NCBI GenBank assembly: GCA_038883855.1
Contig: JAVZLH010000002.1
Span: forward strand, 32,001 to 96,000
From: Candidatus Bathyarchaeia archaeon
GTDB lineage: Archaea; Thermoproteota; Bathyarchaeia; Bathyarchaeales; Bathycorpusculaceae
Length of the DNA: 64,000 nucleotides
Direction: 5' to 3'
Part shown: positions 38,932-49,102 of the stretch, in pieces
Numbering within the stretch: position 1 is the stretch's first letter
Layout of the letters: the number at the start of each line of letters is the position of its first letter
Position numbers and translations under genes: made by a program
Notes under the pieces: model-generated
The model's input: only the letters and a program-made list of their open reading frames with translations
Databases searched by the model: none
What the model was told of the DNA's origin: nothing

Positions 38932-40197
38932 TTATTTTTGGATTTTTACGAATTTTCCACCGAGTTCTTCCACTTTCTTCTTTACTTTGTCAGCGAACCA
39001 TGGGATTGCCTCGAAAACCACATGAACTGAATCATCCCCATATTTCACTGTGTGCACGTCTGCTCTATTGAAGAGCCATGAAATGAAAGGCATGGTTTCG
39101 CTTGTTAACGGCACTATAAATGAGGCGCGCACATAGTTTTCCAGTCTTTTTAATATTTCGCTTTTTAATGCGTCTATGTTGATTTTGTGGAGGGCGGATA
39201 TTGGAATTGGAGTCGGCGCCTTACCCTTAATTTTTTCGATTTTTTCTTGAATTTCCCCCTCTGATAGTAAGTCAATTTTGTTAAGCGCAGTTATTATTGG
39301 AACACCTGCTGCTCCTATTCGCTCTAGTGTGTCTAGGCAGACTGAAAGTTTTCTTTCAACAACTTCTAGGGGTTCGCTTAAGTCTACGACTAAGAGGATT
39401 AGGTCCGAGTATATGGTTTCTTCAAGCGTTGAATGGAAAGCCTCTATCAAGGATATGGGTAAACGGTCTATGAAGCCGACGGTGTCTGTTAACAGAAATT
39501 TTCTCTTTGAAAAATTTACAAGCCTAGTTGTTGTTGATAGGGTTGTGAAGAGGCTGGAATCCACTGGAACTTCCTCTTCGGTTAAGGCGTTGAAAAGCGA
39601 GCTTTTTCCAGCGTTTGTGTATCCCGCCAAAGAGATGGATGAAAAGCCCATTTCAGCTCTTCTTTCGCGGTGCAGAAGCCGTTTGGCTCGAATTTGCTTC
39701 AACTTTTTCCGTAAAGTGTGCACTTGCTTCTTCACAGCCTCACAATAAACATCCACTTCGTAGGCGCCGAGTCCCATGAAACCTGGTTGTTCGCCTTTCT
39801 TTGCAAGTCTAACTTTCTCTTTTGCGTGCGCCAACTCGTATCCAAGTCTTGCCAGTTGAATCTGCAGCTTCGCCTCGGTCGTGGTTGCCCTTTTTGAGAA
39901 TATTTCTAGGATAAGCTGGAAACGGTCTATGACCTCGACGCCTGTGGCTTTTGCTAGGTTGTATGATTGAACTGGTTTTATTGGGTTGTCGAAGATTATT
40001 TTTTGGGCACCTGTTTCCTTTACAAGCTTTGCGAGTTCTTCCACTTTTCCGGAGCCTATTTGATACCGTGAATCTGGTTCTCTAATCTGCTCGATTTTTC
40101 CAACAACAGTATAGCCCGCGGCTTCCGCTAAGCTTTGAAGCTCATCTAAACTGGAGGTTTCATAGGGCTGTCGTCGTTGGACTATGATTGCTTTCGT
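38932..40197 (-). CDS. hflX: GTPase HflX; conserved N-terminus extends to an ACG codon at 40197
   Basis: GYTNAGKS, LFTTL, DTVGFI, NKID; upstream in-frame KAIIVQ..LDELQSLAEAAGY..IGSGKVEEL. Confidence 0.93.
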   Translation of the reverse strand, partial: TKAIIVQRRQPYETSSLDELQSLAEAAGYTVVGKIEQIREPDSRYQIGSGKVEELAKLVKETGAQKIIFDNPIKPVQSYNLAKATGVEVIDRFQLILEIFSKRATTTEAKLQIQLARLGYELAHAKEKVRLAKKGEQPGFMGLGAYEVDVYCEAVKKQVHTLRKKLKQIRAKRLLHRERRAEMGFSSISLAGYTNAGKSSLFNALTEEEVPVDSSLFTTLSTTTRLVNFSKRKFLLTDTVGFIDRLPISLIEAFHSTLEETIYSDLILLVVDLSEPLEVVERKLSVCLDTLERIGAAGVPIITALNKIDLLSEGEIQEKIEKIKGKAPTPIPISALHKINIDALKSEILKRLENYVRASFIVPLTSETMPFISWLFNRADVHTVKYGDDSVHVVFEAIPWFADKVKKKVEELGGKFVKIQK

Positions 40198-40724
40198 TCC
40201 GCTATTTCCTCCTTCTCATTGTCCTTTTTGTTCAGTTGGATTAAGTCTCCCAATGTTAGTTCACGACGTGCAGGTTTAGGAACTGTTGCCTTTGGGGTTT
40301 CTTCCGCCGCGGGAATAAGCAACTTTATTTTTAAAACGTGTTCAAGCTTCGCCGCCAAAGCATTGTTGGGCTTCATCTTTCCAGTTTCAATATTTTTAAG
40401 AACTGAAACTTTCTCGTTTAACCTTTTGCCTAGCTCCTCGTGGGATAGCCCAAGTTTTTCTCGCGCCTGCTTCACTTTCAAGCCGAAATCTTCAACAAGT
40501 TCCAAGTTTGCGTCAACAATATTCCCAGGGGTTTTCTTGCTTTGTATTTGGGTTAGCGGTAGCGCAGCTTTCGGTTTAGGTATCGGAGGTTTTGGTTTTG
40601 GCTCTTCTTCCCATACGATTTTTCCATGTTTTGAGCATTCACTGCAAACTAGCAGTTTAGCTCCTTCGATTATGACTCGATACGGTTCGCCGTGGATTTT
40701 GCGTCCGCACACCTCACATCGCAA
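40182..40724 (-). CDS. mbf1: Archaeal multiprotein bridging factor 1
   Basis: CEVCG..IEGA.L.VC..C Zn ribbon, HTH AREKLGLS.EEL, LTLGD. Confidence 0.95.
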   Translation of the reverse strand: MRCEVCGRKIHGEPYRVIIEGAKLLVCSECSKHGKIVWEEEPKPKPPIPKPKAALPLTQIQSKKTPGNIVDANLELVEDFGLKVKQAREKLGLSHEELGKRLNEKVSVLKNIETGKMKPNNALAAKLEHVLKIKLLIPAAEETPKATVPKPARRELTLGDLIQLNKKDNEKEEIAERKQS

Positions 40725-40794
40725 GTAGTGGCACGCACCCTAAACTGTTTTTATTTATTTGTTTGGTTGTGTTTATAGTTGATGGTGCAGAGGC

Positions 40795-41265
40795 TTGGAA
40801 AACCCGTTGAGGCGTATCAGAAGCGTTGCAGACTACCAATTTGGAAAGGGGGTAGGCGTCAAACTTTTCCCAGACAACGTGGAAATAGAGTTTTCAAAGA
40901 GAACCGGGAGAATCCGCTATGTTTACTTGAATGGAAAGAGACTTGCTACAATGCGCCCCACAGACGGCTTATTCTCTTTAAGCATCGCCGGCGCCAAACG
41001 CATAGTCGAGAACGCCTGTGATGCAAAATGTTTTGTTACCGTTCAAAAGAATGTTTCAAAGTTTATCGCTGAAGGCGGCGATGTCTTTGCAACTCATGTT
41101 GCTAGGGCTGACGACGAAATTCGCCCGAAGGATGAGGTCATCGTTTTAGACGAGGATGGCAATGTTTTGGCTGTTGGAAGGGCTGTTTTATCCGGCGAGG
41201 AAATGAAAGCCTTTCGTTGCGGCGTCGCCGTCAAGGTGAGGCGCGGATGCCTCGAGGAAAGTTAA
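40795..41265 (+). CDS. PUA-domain protein (archaeosine TGT C-terminal-like)
   Basis: ADYQFG, SKRTGRIR, IRPKDEV, AVGRA.LSG.EM..GVAVKVR. Confidence 0.88.
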   Translation: MENPLRRIRSVADYQFGKGVGVKLFPDNVEIEFSKRTGRIRYVYLNGKRLATMRPTDGLFSLSIAGAKRIVENACDAKCFVTVQKNVSKFIAEGGDVFATHVARADDEIRPKDEVIVLDEDGNVLAVGRAVLSGEEMKAFRCGVAVKVRRGCLEES

Positions 41266-41319
41266 GTATATGAGGTTCTAGAACAGTAATTGTGGTGAAG
41301 GTGTAGAAAGGGTGATTTT

Positions 41320-41670
41320 ATGCATAGGCGCGTAAGCCCCCGCGAAGCGAGAAGAATGATGCAGCGGATGGGAATGAGCATGGACGCTGTTCCAGACGTG
41401 GAAGAGGTCATAATAAAAACCGCAAACAAAGAAATAACAATAGAAGCGCCAGAAGTGGCAATCCTCGAGGTTCAAGGACAAAAAATCTTCCAAGTAGCAG
41501 GTGGAAAAATAACAGAGAAGGCTACAGAACGCAAACTGGCAATACCTGAAGAGGATGTTAGGCTTGTGGCGGACCAAACGGGCAAAAGCCTAGAAGAAGC
41601 CAGAAAAGCCCTAGAGGAAAGCCAAGGAGACCTAGCAAAAGCAATTCTCCTACTTCAATCAAAATTTTAA
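41320..41670 (+). CDS. nac: Nascent polypeptide-associated complex protein
   Basis: PR..RRMMQRMG, VEEVII, EEDV.LV..Q, GDLAKAI. Confidence 0.95.
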   Translation: MHRRVSPREARRMMQRMGMSMDAVPDVEEVIIKTANKEITIEAPEVAILEVQGQKIFQVAGGKITEKATERKLAIPEEDVRLVADQTGKSLEEARKALEESQGDLAKAILLLQSKF

Positions 41671-41802
41671 TGCGGCTGAAGACACATTTTTCGTTGATAA
41701 AGCATATCCTAATATGAGCTTTTACGTCGCTGTATAAACACCTCTTTTCAGCACTGTTGGGGAAATGAAAAAAGTTAAGCAGAAGTAGAAAATTAATTAG
41801 AC

Positions 41803-41994
41803 GTGTGGAAGAGGATGATTTCAAACAAAGTTAAGAAACGTCATTTGATACTTTTTATTCTGCTTGTAATCGTTTTTGTTCCGTCTCTTGTCGGCGTCGC
41901 TTTGTACAGGGGTGAACAACATCCAGAACCTGAAACATTCCGTTTAGCCTTTTACCTTTCTGTACTTGGAACCATCGTCTCTGTATTTTGTTGA
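41803..41994 (+). CDS. Small two-TM hypothetical protein
   Basis: Hydrophobic segments only. Confidence 0.4.
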   Translation: MWKRMISNKVKKRHLILFILLVIVFVPSLVGVALYRGEQHPEPETFRLAFYLSVLGTIVSVFC

Positions 41995-42082
41995 TAATAG
42001 GGATAACTTATTTACTAAGGTTGAGAAAATCATCGACATCAGATATTCAGCAGACCGATTCTCAGAGGAGTTTAGATTAAGC

Positions 42083-42997
42083 GTGTTTGATGTTGTTTCG
42101 GTTGGGCATTTATGCATCGACCACATCTTCTTGCCAGAAAACCCCATGCCCTTCGTTACTTTGGGCGGTTCTGCAGCTTACGTTTCCTTCGCAGCAAAAC
42201 GCCTAAACGCTAAAACCGCCATCATTTCCAAGGTTGGAGAGGATTTTCCAACAACCTATTCATGGTGGCTTAAAGACGAAGGCGTTGACATATCATGGCT
42301 TGTTAAAGCTAAGGGCGTCAACACAACAAGTTTCGAACTTAAATACAGCAAAAACTTGTCCAACCGTATTCTACGCTTGAGAAACAAGGCGCCGAACATA
42401 ACGGTCGCAGATTTGCCAAGTTCCTTAAGAGCCAAAGCCATCCACATCGCGCCTATAGCCGGCGAAGTCACCCTTGACGTGGCTGAAAAACTGAGAGGTT
42501 GCGCTGAAATTTTGTCCCTTGACCCGCAGGGGCTTGTCCGAAAATTCGGTGAAAAAGGCCAAGTCAAGCATGGTTCGCTTAAAGAAAGGCGCATACTGGA
42601 ACTCATTGATGTTTACAAGTCTTCATCTGCAGAAATTAAAGCAGTCACAGAAATGTCAGACATTAAATCAGCTGTAAACGCAATTCACGATTACGGTGTC
42701 AAAAAAGTCGTTGTAACTTTGGGAGTAAGAGGCGCTTTGCTGTCTCTCGAGGGAAGCCTACACCAAATTCCAGCTTACAAATCAGAGAAAATTGTTGACC
42801 CAACTGGGGCTGGAGACGCTTTCATCGGCGGCTTCCTCGCAGAATTAGTTAAGGGCAAAGACTTTTTATGGTGTGCATGTGTCGGCTCGGCTGTAGCCTC
42901 CCTAGTTGTTGAGGTTGCTGGACCAACATTTTTCGGCGATAAACAGCAGATTTATGGGAGGGCAAAAGCGCTTTATGGAAAAGAAATTAAGGAATAG
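42083..42997 (+). CDS. PfkB-family carbohydrate/nucleoside kinase
   Basis: GGSAAY, LDPQG, VTLG..GA, DPTGAGDAF; GTG 42083 after GAGGAG preferred over the track start 41966. Confidence 0.92.
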   Translation: MFDVVSVGHLCIDHIFLPENPMPFVTLGGSAAYVSFAAKRLNAKTAIISKVGEDFPTTYSWWLKDEGVDISWLVKAKGVNTTSFELKYSKNLSNRILRLRNKAPNITVADLPSSLRAKAIHIAPIAGEVTLDVAEKLRGCAEILSLDPQGLVRKFGEKGQVKHGSLKERRILELIDVYKSSSAEIKAVTEMSDIKSAVNAIHDYGVKKVVVTLGVRGALLSLEGSLHQIPAYKSEKIVDPTGAGDAFIGGFLAELVKGKDFLWCACVGSAVASLVVEVAGPTFFGDKQQIYGRAKALYGKEIKE

Positions 42998-43028
42998 CGC
43001 ATATCCCTATTAAGAGAGGCGCAAGGCT

Positions 43029-43238
43029 TTGGGAAAAATCGACAAAGGCGTCAAATGCAGCGTATCCAACTGCAAAAACGACGCTGTCCGTTCGCTTTCA
43101 GCGGAAAAAGTTAGGTCAGCTGGCTTAAATGTTGGCAGCGGCGATAGGCGCGCTTACCTCTGCAAGGAACATTATAAAGAGTATAAGAAGAAGATAAAGA
43201 AGGATAAAATGCTTGAGAAATGGCGGTACAGCGCCTAA
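43029..43238 (+). CDS. Small zinc-binding hypothetical protein
   Basis: CSVSNC...LCKEHY; GAGG SD; directly upstream of thrS. Confidence 0.75.
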   Translation: MGKIDKGVKCSVSNCKNDAVRSLSAEKVRSAGLNVGSGDRRAYLCKEHYKEYKKKIKKDKMLEKWRYSA

Positions 43239-43259
43239 AAAGGAAGAGGGGAAGAGCCT

Positions 43260-45128
43260 ATGAGAATATTGCAGTTACACTCAAATTATATCGAGTATAA
43301 GCCCATCCAAAAAGAGATAGCTATGGCTGAAGAAGCCGAAAAGAAGGAAAACCGCCTAGAAGAAATCGTCGTTTTGTTCACGGCTGTCGAGGAAGGCGAC
43401 AACTTAGATGTAGCAAAAAGAGCCGTAGACGAAGTTCAAGCCTTTCTTGAAAAGCTGAAGGTTAACCGCATTTTGATCTATCCCTACGCACATTTAAGCA
43501 GTAACTTGGCAAAACCTTCAGAAGCCCTAAGAATAGTTAAAGCTATGGAAAACTACGCAAAGGAGAAGGGTATAGAAACATTCCGCGCTCCTTTCGGCTG
43601 GAACAAACAGTTCACCGTATCAATAAAGGGGCATCCTCTAGCTGAACAGTCGCGTGTAATTCTTCCAGCAGAAGCAAAAGAAAAAGCCGAAGAAAAAGTT
43701 CCGGAAGCAGTGAAAGCCGAGGAAAAACTGGAATCCTTCTGGTTTATACTGAAGCCAGATGGAGAAATGCTTCCAGTTCAAGAATTTGATTTTAAAGGTT
43801 ACGAGAATCTTGAAAAGTTCGCCAAATATGAGATTTCAAAGGTTAGAGCAAGCCAACAAATGCCTCCCCACGTGCCTTTGATGAAGAGGCTTGAAATAGC
43901 CGACTATGAAGCGGGAAGCGACCCTGGAAACATCCGCTGGTATCCTAAAGGGCGGCTAATCAAATCTTTGCTTGAGCAGTTTGTCACTGCGAAAGTTGTA
44001 GAGTATGGCGCCATGGAAGTTGAAACGCCGGTCATGTACGATTTTCAACATCCAAGCCTAGCAGATTACATGAACCGTTTCCCAGCTAGGCAATACCTAC
44101 TAAAATCTGAGGATAAGGAGCTTTTCCTGCGTTTCGCTGCGTGCTTTGGGCAGTTCCTCATGGTTCATGACGCCCAGTTCTCCTATAAACACATGCCTCT
44201 TAGGGTTTACGAGTTAACACGTTACAGTTTTAGAAGGGAGAAAAGCGGTGAGGTTGTTGGCTTAAGACGTTTAAGAGCCTTCACTATGCCCGATTGCCAC
44301 GCCTTCTGCACAGGCCTCGAACAAGCCAAGGAAGAGTTTATAACAAGGTTTAAGCTGTGCATAAACGTGTTAGAAGAAATCGGCTTATCCAAAAACGATT
44401 ATGAAGCAGCAATACGGTTCACAAAAGACTTTTACGAAGAAAACAAAGACTTTGTAACTTCATTGGCGAAAATTTTCGGCAAACCAGTTTTGGTTGAAAT
44501 GTGGAAGGAACCTTTCTTCTATTTTAGGCTTAAATGGGACTTTAACTTCGTAGACAACCAAGACAAGGCAGCAGCCCTATCAACAGACCAGATTGATGTG
44601 GAAAATGCGAAAAGATACAACATAACCTACGTAGACGAGAAAGGAGAAAAACATCACCCCCTCATCCTGCACTGTTCTCCAAGCGGGGCTATTGAAAGAT
44701 GCGTTTATGCATTGCTGGAAAAAGCTTACATGGAACAGGAAAAGGGCAAACCGCCAATACTTCCACTGTGGCTTTCGCCGACGCAGGTGCGCGTAATCCC
44801 AATGTCAGATAAATATGTTGACTATGCTGAAAAATTGGCTGAAGAAATCGAAGCAAACAATATTCGTGTAGACATTGACGATAGGATAATGACAATACAG
44901 AAAAGAGTTAGAGAAGCGGAAATGGAATGGACTCCTTATATAATTGTCGTGGGAGAAAAAGAGGTTAAATCAAAATTGTTGGCTGTTAGAGATAGGAAAG
45001 CCCAAAAAATACGCGAAATGAAACTAGAAGAATTGATAAGCGAAATAAGGGGTTTGACAAAGGATAAACCCTTTAAACCTCTTCCCTTGCCGAAGCTTCT
45101 CTCGAAACGTCCCCAATTCTACGGTTAG
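43260..45128 (+). CDS. thrS: Threonyl-tRNA synthetase, archaeal type
   Basis: MRILQLH, YPYAHLS editing domain, [30 protein letters not shown]. Confidence 0.97.
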   Translation: MRILQLHSNYIEYKPIQKEIAMAEEAEKKENRLEEIVVLFTAVEEGDNLDVAKRAVDEVQAFLEKLKVNRILIYPYAHLSSNLAKPSEALRIVKAMENYAKEKGIETFRAPFGWNKQFTVSIKGHPLAEQSRVILPAEAKEKAEEKVPEAVKAEEKLESFWFILKPDGEMLPVQEFDFKGYENLEKFAKYEISKVRASQQMPPHVPLMKRLEIADYEAGSDPGNIRWYPKGRLIKSLLEQFVTAKVVEYGAMEVETPVMYDFQHPSLADYMNRFPARQYLLKSEDKELFLRFAACFGQFLMVHDAQFSYKHMPLRVYELTRYSFRREKSGEVVGLRRLRAFTMPDCHAFCTGLEQAKEEFITRFKLCINVLEEIGLSKNDYEAAIRFTKDFYEENKDFVTSLAKIFGKPVLVEMWKEPFFYFRLKWDFNFVDNQDKAAALSTDQIDVENAKRYNITYVDEKGEKHHPLILHCSPSGAIERCVYALLEKAYMEQEKGKPPILPLWLSPTQVRVIPMSDKYVDYAEKLAEEIEANNIRVDIDDRIMTIQKRVREAEMEWTPYIIVVGEKEVKSKLLAVRDRKAQKIREMKLEELISEIRGLTKDKPFKPLPLPKLLSKRPQFYG

Positions 45129-45193
45129 TAACTGATAGAACAAAAAATATATCAAACCTCAAACGGATAAACTACATCACAAACGGAGGATGT

Positions 45194-46087
45194 TTGTTGG
45201 AGGAAGAACTTCTTGTTTACATAGACGGGAAATATTATCCAAAATCTCAAGCGAAAATATCCGTCTACGACCACGGGCTACTTTACGGAGACGGCGTTTT
45301 TGAGGGAATCCGAGCCTACAAAGGCGTAGTGTTCAAACTGAAAGAACACATAGATAGACTTTACAACTCAGCTAAAGTGTTAATGTTGAATATACCATTA
45401 ACAAAGGAAGAAATGATAAACGCTGTTTTGGAGACTCTACGTAAAAACCGTTTGAAAGATGCATACATACGCCTAATAGTAACACGGGGCGTCGGCGACT
45501 TAGGGCTTGACGCTAGAAAATGCCAAAAACCAACTGTGATAATAATAACCGACATAATAAAACTGTATTCCAGCGAAGCAAGAGAGAAAGGACTAAAAGC
45601 TATGATTGTGTGGGTTAGAAGAAACTCTGTAGACGCAACATCCCACCAATTTAAATCCCTAAACTACCTAAACAGTGTACTTGGAAAGATTGAAGCAAAT
45701 ATCGCAGGCTTCGACGAAGCCATATGCTTAGACAAAAACGGCTACGTCAGCGAAGGAGTAGGCGAAAACATATTCATAGTTAAAAACGGAAAAATCATAA
45801 CCCCGCCATCATCAGCAGGAATCCTCATGGGAATAACAAGAGAAGTCGTTATAAAACTGGCTGAAAAACTCGGATACACCGTAATCGAACGCAACATTAC
45901 CCCAACGGACCTGTTCACGGCAGACGAAGCCTTCTTTACAGGCACAGCTGCTGAAATCGTCCCAATAGTCGAAGTTAACAGGCGAGTAATAGCTGAAGGT
46001 AAACCCGGACCCATAACGCGTCACTTGATGAGCGAGTTTGCTAAGTTACTCGGCGACCCAAAAGAAGGTACGCCCATTTACAGTTAA
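45194..46087 (+). CDS. ilvE: Branched-chain amino acid aminotransferase
   Basis: [38 protein letters not shown]. Confidence 0.95.
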   Translation: MLEEELLVYIDGKYYPKSQAKISVYDHGLLYGDGVFEGIRAYKGVVFKLKEHIDRLYNSAKVLMLNIPLTKEEMINAVLETLRKNRLKDAYIRLIVTRGVGDLGLDARKCQKPTVIIITDIIKLYSSEAREKGLKAMIVWVRRNSVDATSHQFKSLNYLNSVLGKIEANIAGFDEAICLDKNGYVSEGVGENIFIVKNGKIITPPSSAGILMGITREVVIKLAEKLGYTVIERNITPTDLFTADEAFFTGTAAEIVPIVEVNRRVIAEGKPGPITRHLMSEFAKLLGDPKEGTPIYS

Positions 46088-46090
46088 CAC

Positions 46091-47083
46091 CTATACTATT
46101 TGGATGAATCTCCCGATTCCCTTTTTAACAGCCTTTTCATAAGCAATTTTTGCTGTAACTGCGTCTTGGATAGCTAATCCAGTCGAATCAAAAACTGTTA
46201 TTTCATCTTGCGTTTCTCTCGGACGTTTTAAACCAGCAACAATCTCGCCCAATTCAGCGTATACATCTTCTTTCTTCAATATTCCTCGGCTTAATGGAAC
46301 ATTAATTTCCCCACTATGCGCAGCTTGTTCCAAATCATCTACAACTATCTTCGCCCTTTTCAAAATATTGGGATCAATCTCCTCTTTTCCTGGGGCATCT
46401 GCACCTATACAGTTGAAGTGCATTCCCGGAGAAACCATGTCGTTCATTACCAAAGGTTGTCTTGATGGAGTAGTTGTTACAACAATATCGGCTCCTTCAA
46501 CTGTTTCTCTTATATTTTCCATAGGGATTATTCGGCATAAGTTGCCGTATTTCAGTCGCATTTCAGAAGCAAATTCAACACTAGTTCCATGAAGACCCCA
46601 CACTCTTACTTCCTCAAATTTTTTGTAGATTTCAAGGAGGCTAGCTAGTTGAGTTCTCGCTTGGGCGCCGGCTCCAACGAGAGCTACAATTTTCGAGTCT
46701 TTCCTCGCCAAATATTTTGCAGCAACTCCTCCAGTAGCTCCAGTTCGCATGGCTGTTATTGTTTTTCCGCCCATTATTGCCATTGGAAAGCCATTTTTGG
46801 GGTCTACTAGGATTATTATAGCCATAACTGTGGGAAGGCCGTATTTTATTTGGTTGTCCGAGTGGGCGTTCACTATTTTAACTGCCGATATGTCTAAATT
46901 TTCAAGATAGGAAGGCATTGCCCGTAAATCACCGTTATATCTTTTGTAGAAGAGGTAGATTTTCTCCGGCATTTGGACTCGTTTTAACCCCTTTTCTTTA
47001 AAAGCTTCTTCAACTGCTCTCATAACCTCTTGCATTGAAAGAAGCCCTTTAACTTCCTCGTCGGTTAACACTAGAGTCTCCAA
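46091..47083 (-). CDS. ala: Alanine dehydrogenase (ornithine cyclodeaminase/mu-crystallin family)
   Basis: GDLRAMP, VKIVNAH..N, MRTGA, GAGAQ, IGADAPGKEE, FDSTGLAIQD. Confidence 0.85.
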   Translation of the reverse strand: METLVLTDEEVKGLLSMQEVMRAVEEAFKEKGLKRVQMPEKIYLFYKRYNGDLRAMPSYLENLDISAVKIVNAHSDNQIKYGLPTVMAIIILVDPKNGFPMAIMGGKTITAMRTGATGGVAAKYLARKDSKIVALVGAGAQARTQLASLLEIYKKFEEVRVWGLHGTSVEFASEMRLKYGNLCRIIPMENIRETVEGADIVVTTTPSRQPLVMNDMVSPGMHFNCIGADAPGKEEIDPNILKRAKIVVDDLEQAAHSGEINVPLSRGILKKEDVYAELGEIVAGLKRPRETQDEITVFDSTGLAIQDAVTAKIAYEKAVKKGIGRFIQIV

Positions 47084-47203
47084 ATTTTTCCCTCAAGTTG
47101 CAAAGGCTATTTTCTACTCAAATATTTTTGGGTAGTGGAGACATAGATTTCATGAATAAAATTATAAACCACGTTCTACGGTGTTAACGTATGGCTCTTC
47201 AAG

Positions 47204-48916
47204 TTAAGGATACCACGTCTTTGATGTTTGGAAGCCTTCAGCGGTGTAAACCGTGACTTTTACTTCTGAACCCAAATATTCATCCCAATTCCAGAGGCAC
47301 ATTATCGTGGTGTTTTCGCCAACGTTAAGAATGTATCCACTTGGAGCCAGCCTAGGGTAGGTGAGAGCACCGTCGATTTCGTAAGTTTTGCCTCCGGTTT
47401 CAACAACTATCCTGTTGATGGTTACGTTTTGGATTGAGCGTGCCGAATTTGAAACTGTAATGTTAATGTAGGGAATCGGAATTGTGATGTTTGGATACTG
47501 GTCTTTCAAGTCGCCGAAGATCAAATTCTCTCCCAACAATTTCAATTCCACGGCGGGTATCTCCACATCCCTCGAAAGACTCTGCCCTTCTTCAGTTTCA
47601 ACAGTAATGGTCACGGTCTGGTTTATCCAACTCTGCCATGAAAATGAACAATTAATGGTTATTTCCTCTCCTGGCAAAACAACTGGGGATGGATCAACAA
47701 TGGTTGCGTTCTCGCCGTTGAGCAGTATATTTTTTATTTTTATCTCGCGGAGGGAACATGGCATATTTGTGACGTTGATGGTGAAGTGTTCTACATCGTC
47801 GAAGTCAAACTTTACATCAGTTATGTTCCAAACAACTTCCGGCGGCGTTGTAACCGTTTTGCTTGGCACAGTAATATTTTGCTTTGTATAAATAGTCACG
47901 GTTATCGACTCGTTTCTGCTAGTGCTCCAATTCCAGAGGCACTTTATAGGTGGTGATGTTTGGTTCGGCGCAACGGCAACAAGCAAATTTTGTAATGGTG
48001 GGTTTGTGGGGAGAGTTATTGAAGTTCCGTTTGCAAAGGTTACATTTACTTTGCTTAAGGTTGCTTCTGCCGTAGAATATTCTGAACTGCTGACTGTGAG
48101 ATTAAAATAGCCTGTATCGCCATAGTCAAATTTTATCTCACCAATGTAGAGGGAGGCTCCAGGCAGTTCATTTGTCACATAAGTTGCTTCATAGCCCTCT
48201 GCGGTCTTAACAATTATCGTGACGTTAATCCATTTTAGGTCTTCCCAGTTTCGCTGGCACACGAACGTTTCATTTTGATTAGGCTCCAAAACCTTTGGAA
48301 GTGGCGGTGTAGTATTTACAAGCTCACCATGGACTCTTATTTCTGAAATCGTCAGGTTTATCAAGGGTTCTGGTTGCAGATTTTCAATTGTCAAGTTAAA
48401 GTAGTTTATGCTTTCGTGGATTTGCTCTTCAAAATTTGGAGTTACCTTCAATTTAACATTCGGCGGGGAAGCTGTATAACTCGTTATTAAAACGTCTTCT
48501 GCGTTTTCCACAACTGGTTCTATTTTCACGATTTCTCCAGCAAAGTTGCTCCAGTTCTTTTTGCATACAAAAGTTTGCCTCGTTCCCTTTTTCATTACAA
48601 TGCTGAGGGAAGGCTCCGCCGTCTCTTCTGTTATATAATATGTTTCATTTCTTCCTTCAACAGTCAACCGTATTGCGGTTAAGTTGACATCTGATATGGA
48701 ATTGGATGGGTTAAGGATTGTCACATTAAAGTATCTAGCGTCGGAAACAGGAAAAACAGCGTCCTCCACCACAAGCATTGTGGATTCTTCCGGCATATTA
48801 TAGTAGCTTGCCATAACCCACAAATAGGATACGAGAGCGCCGAAAACAATTGAGCACAACACAATTATAACAAGGATGAGGGTAGAAACGGACTTCCGGT
48901 TAAACATAATGCCCAC
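47204..48916 (-). CDS. Membrane-anchored surface glycoprotein with five ~100-aa beta-sandwich repeats
   Basis: N-terminal RKSVS plus TM; repeats FN.T..N...C...W...V.T.EG; many N-x-S/T sequons. Confidence 0.8.
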   Translation of the reverse strand: MGIMFNRKSVSTLILVIIVLCSIVFGALVSYLWVMASYYNMPEESTMLVVEDAVFPVSDARYFNVTILNPSNSISDVNLTAIRLTVEGRNETYYITEETAEPSLSIVMKKGTRQTFVCKKNWSNFAGEIVKIEPVVENAEDVLITSYTASPPNVKLKVTPNFEEQIHESINYFNLTIENLQPEPLINLTISEIRVHGELVNTTPPLPKVLEPNQNETFVCQRNWEDLKWINVTIIVKTAEGYEATYVTNELPGASLYIGEIKFDYGDTGYFNLTVSSSEYSTAEATLSKVNVTFANGTSITLPTNPPLQNLLVAVAPNQTSPPIKCLWNWSTSRNESITVTIYTKQNITVPSKTVTTPPEVVWNITDVKFDFDDVEHFTINVTNMPCSLREIKIKNILLNGENATIVDPSPVVLPGEEITINCSFSWQSWINQTVTITVETEEGQSLSRDVEIPAVELKLLGENLIFGDLKDQYPNITIPIPYINITVSNSARSIQNVTINRIVVETGGKTYEIDGALTYPRLAPSGYILNVGENTTIMCLWNWDEYLGSEVKVTVYTAEGFQTSKTWYP

Positions 48917-49102
48917 ACCATTCCCCTCTTGCCAAATCCTGTTGCTCTAACTCATACCGTCGAGAAATAAATAAGCATTCTGTTAAAAGAGGGCATTACA
49001 AGCCAGCTTTGTTAGAGGCGCTGGCATTAGGTGATTTAAGTTTAAAGTTATGTAAGTGTTTCCCTCTTCCATTAGCAAAAACTTAAACGTTAGAACCAAT
49101 AA

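Noticed and set aside
41966-42082. N-terminal extension of the PfkB kinase in the ORF track
   Set aside because: The family N-terminus (FDVVSVGH) begins at GTG 42083 with an SD.
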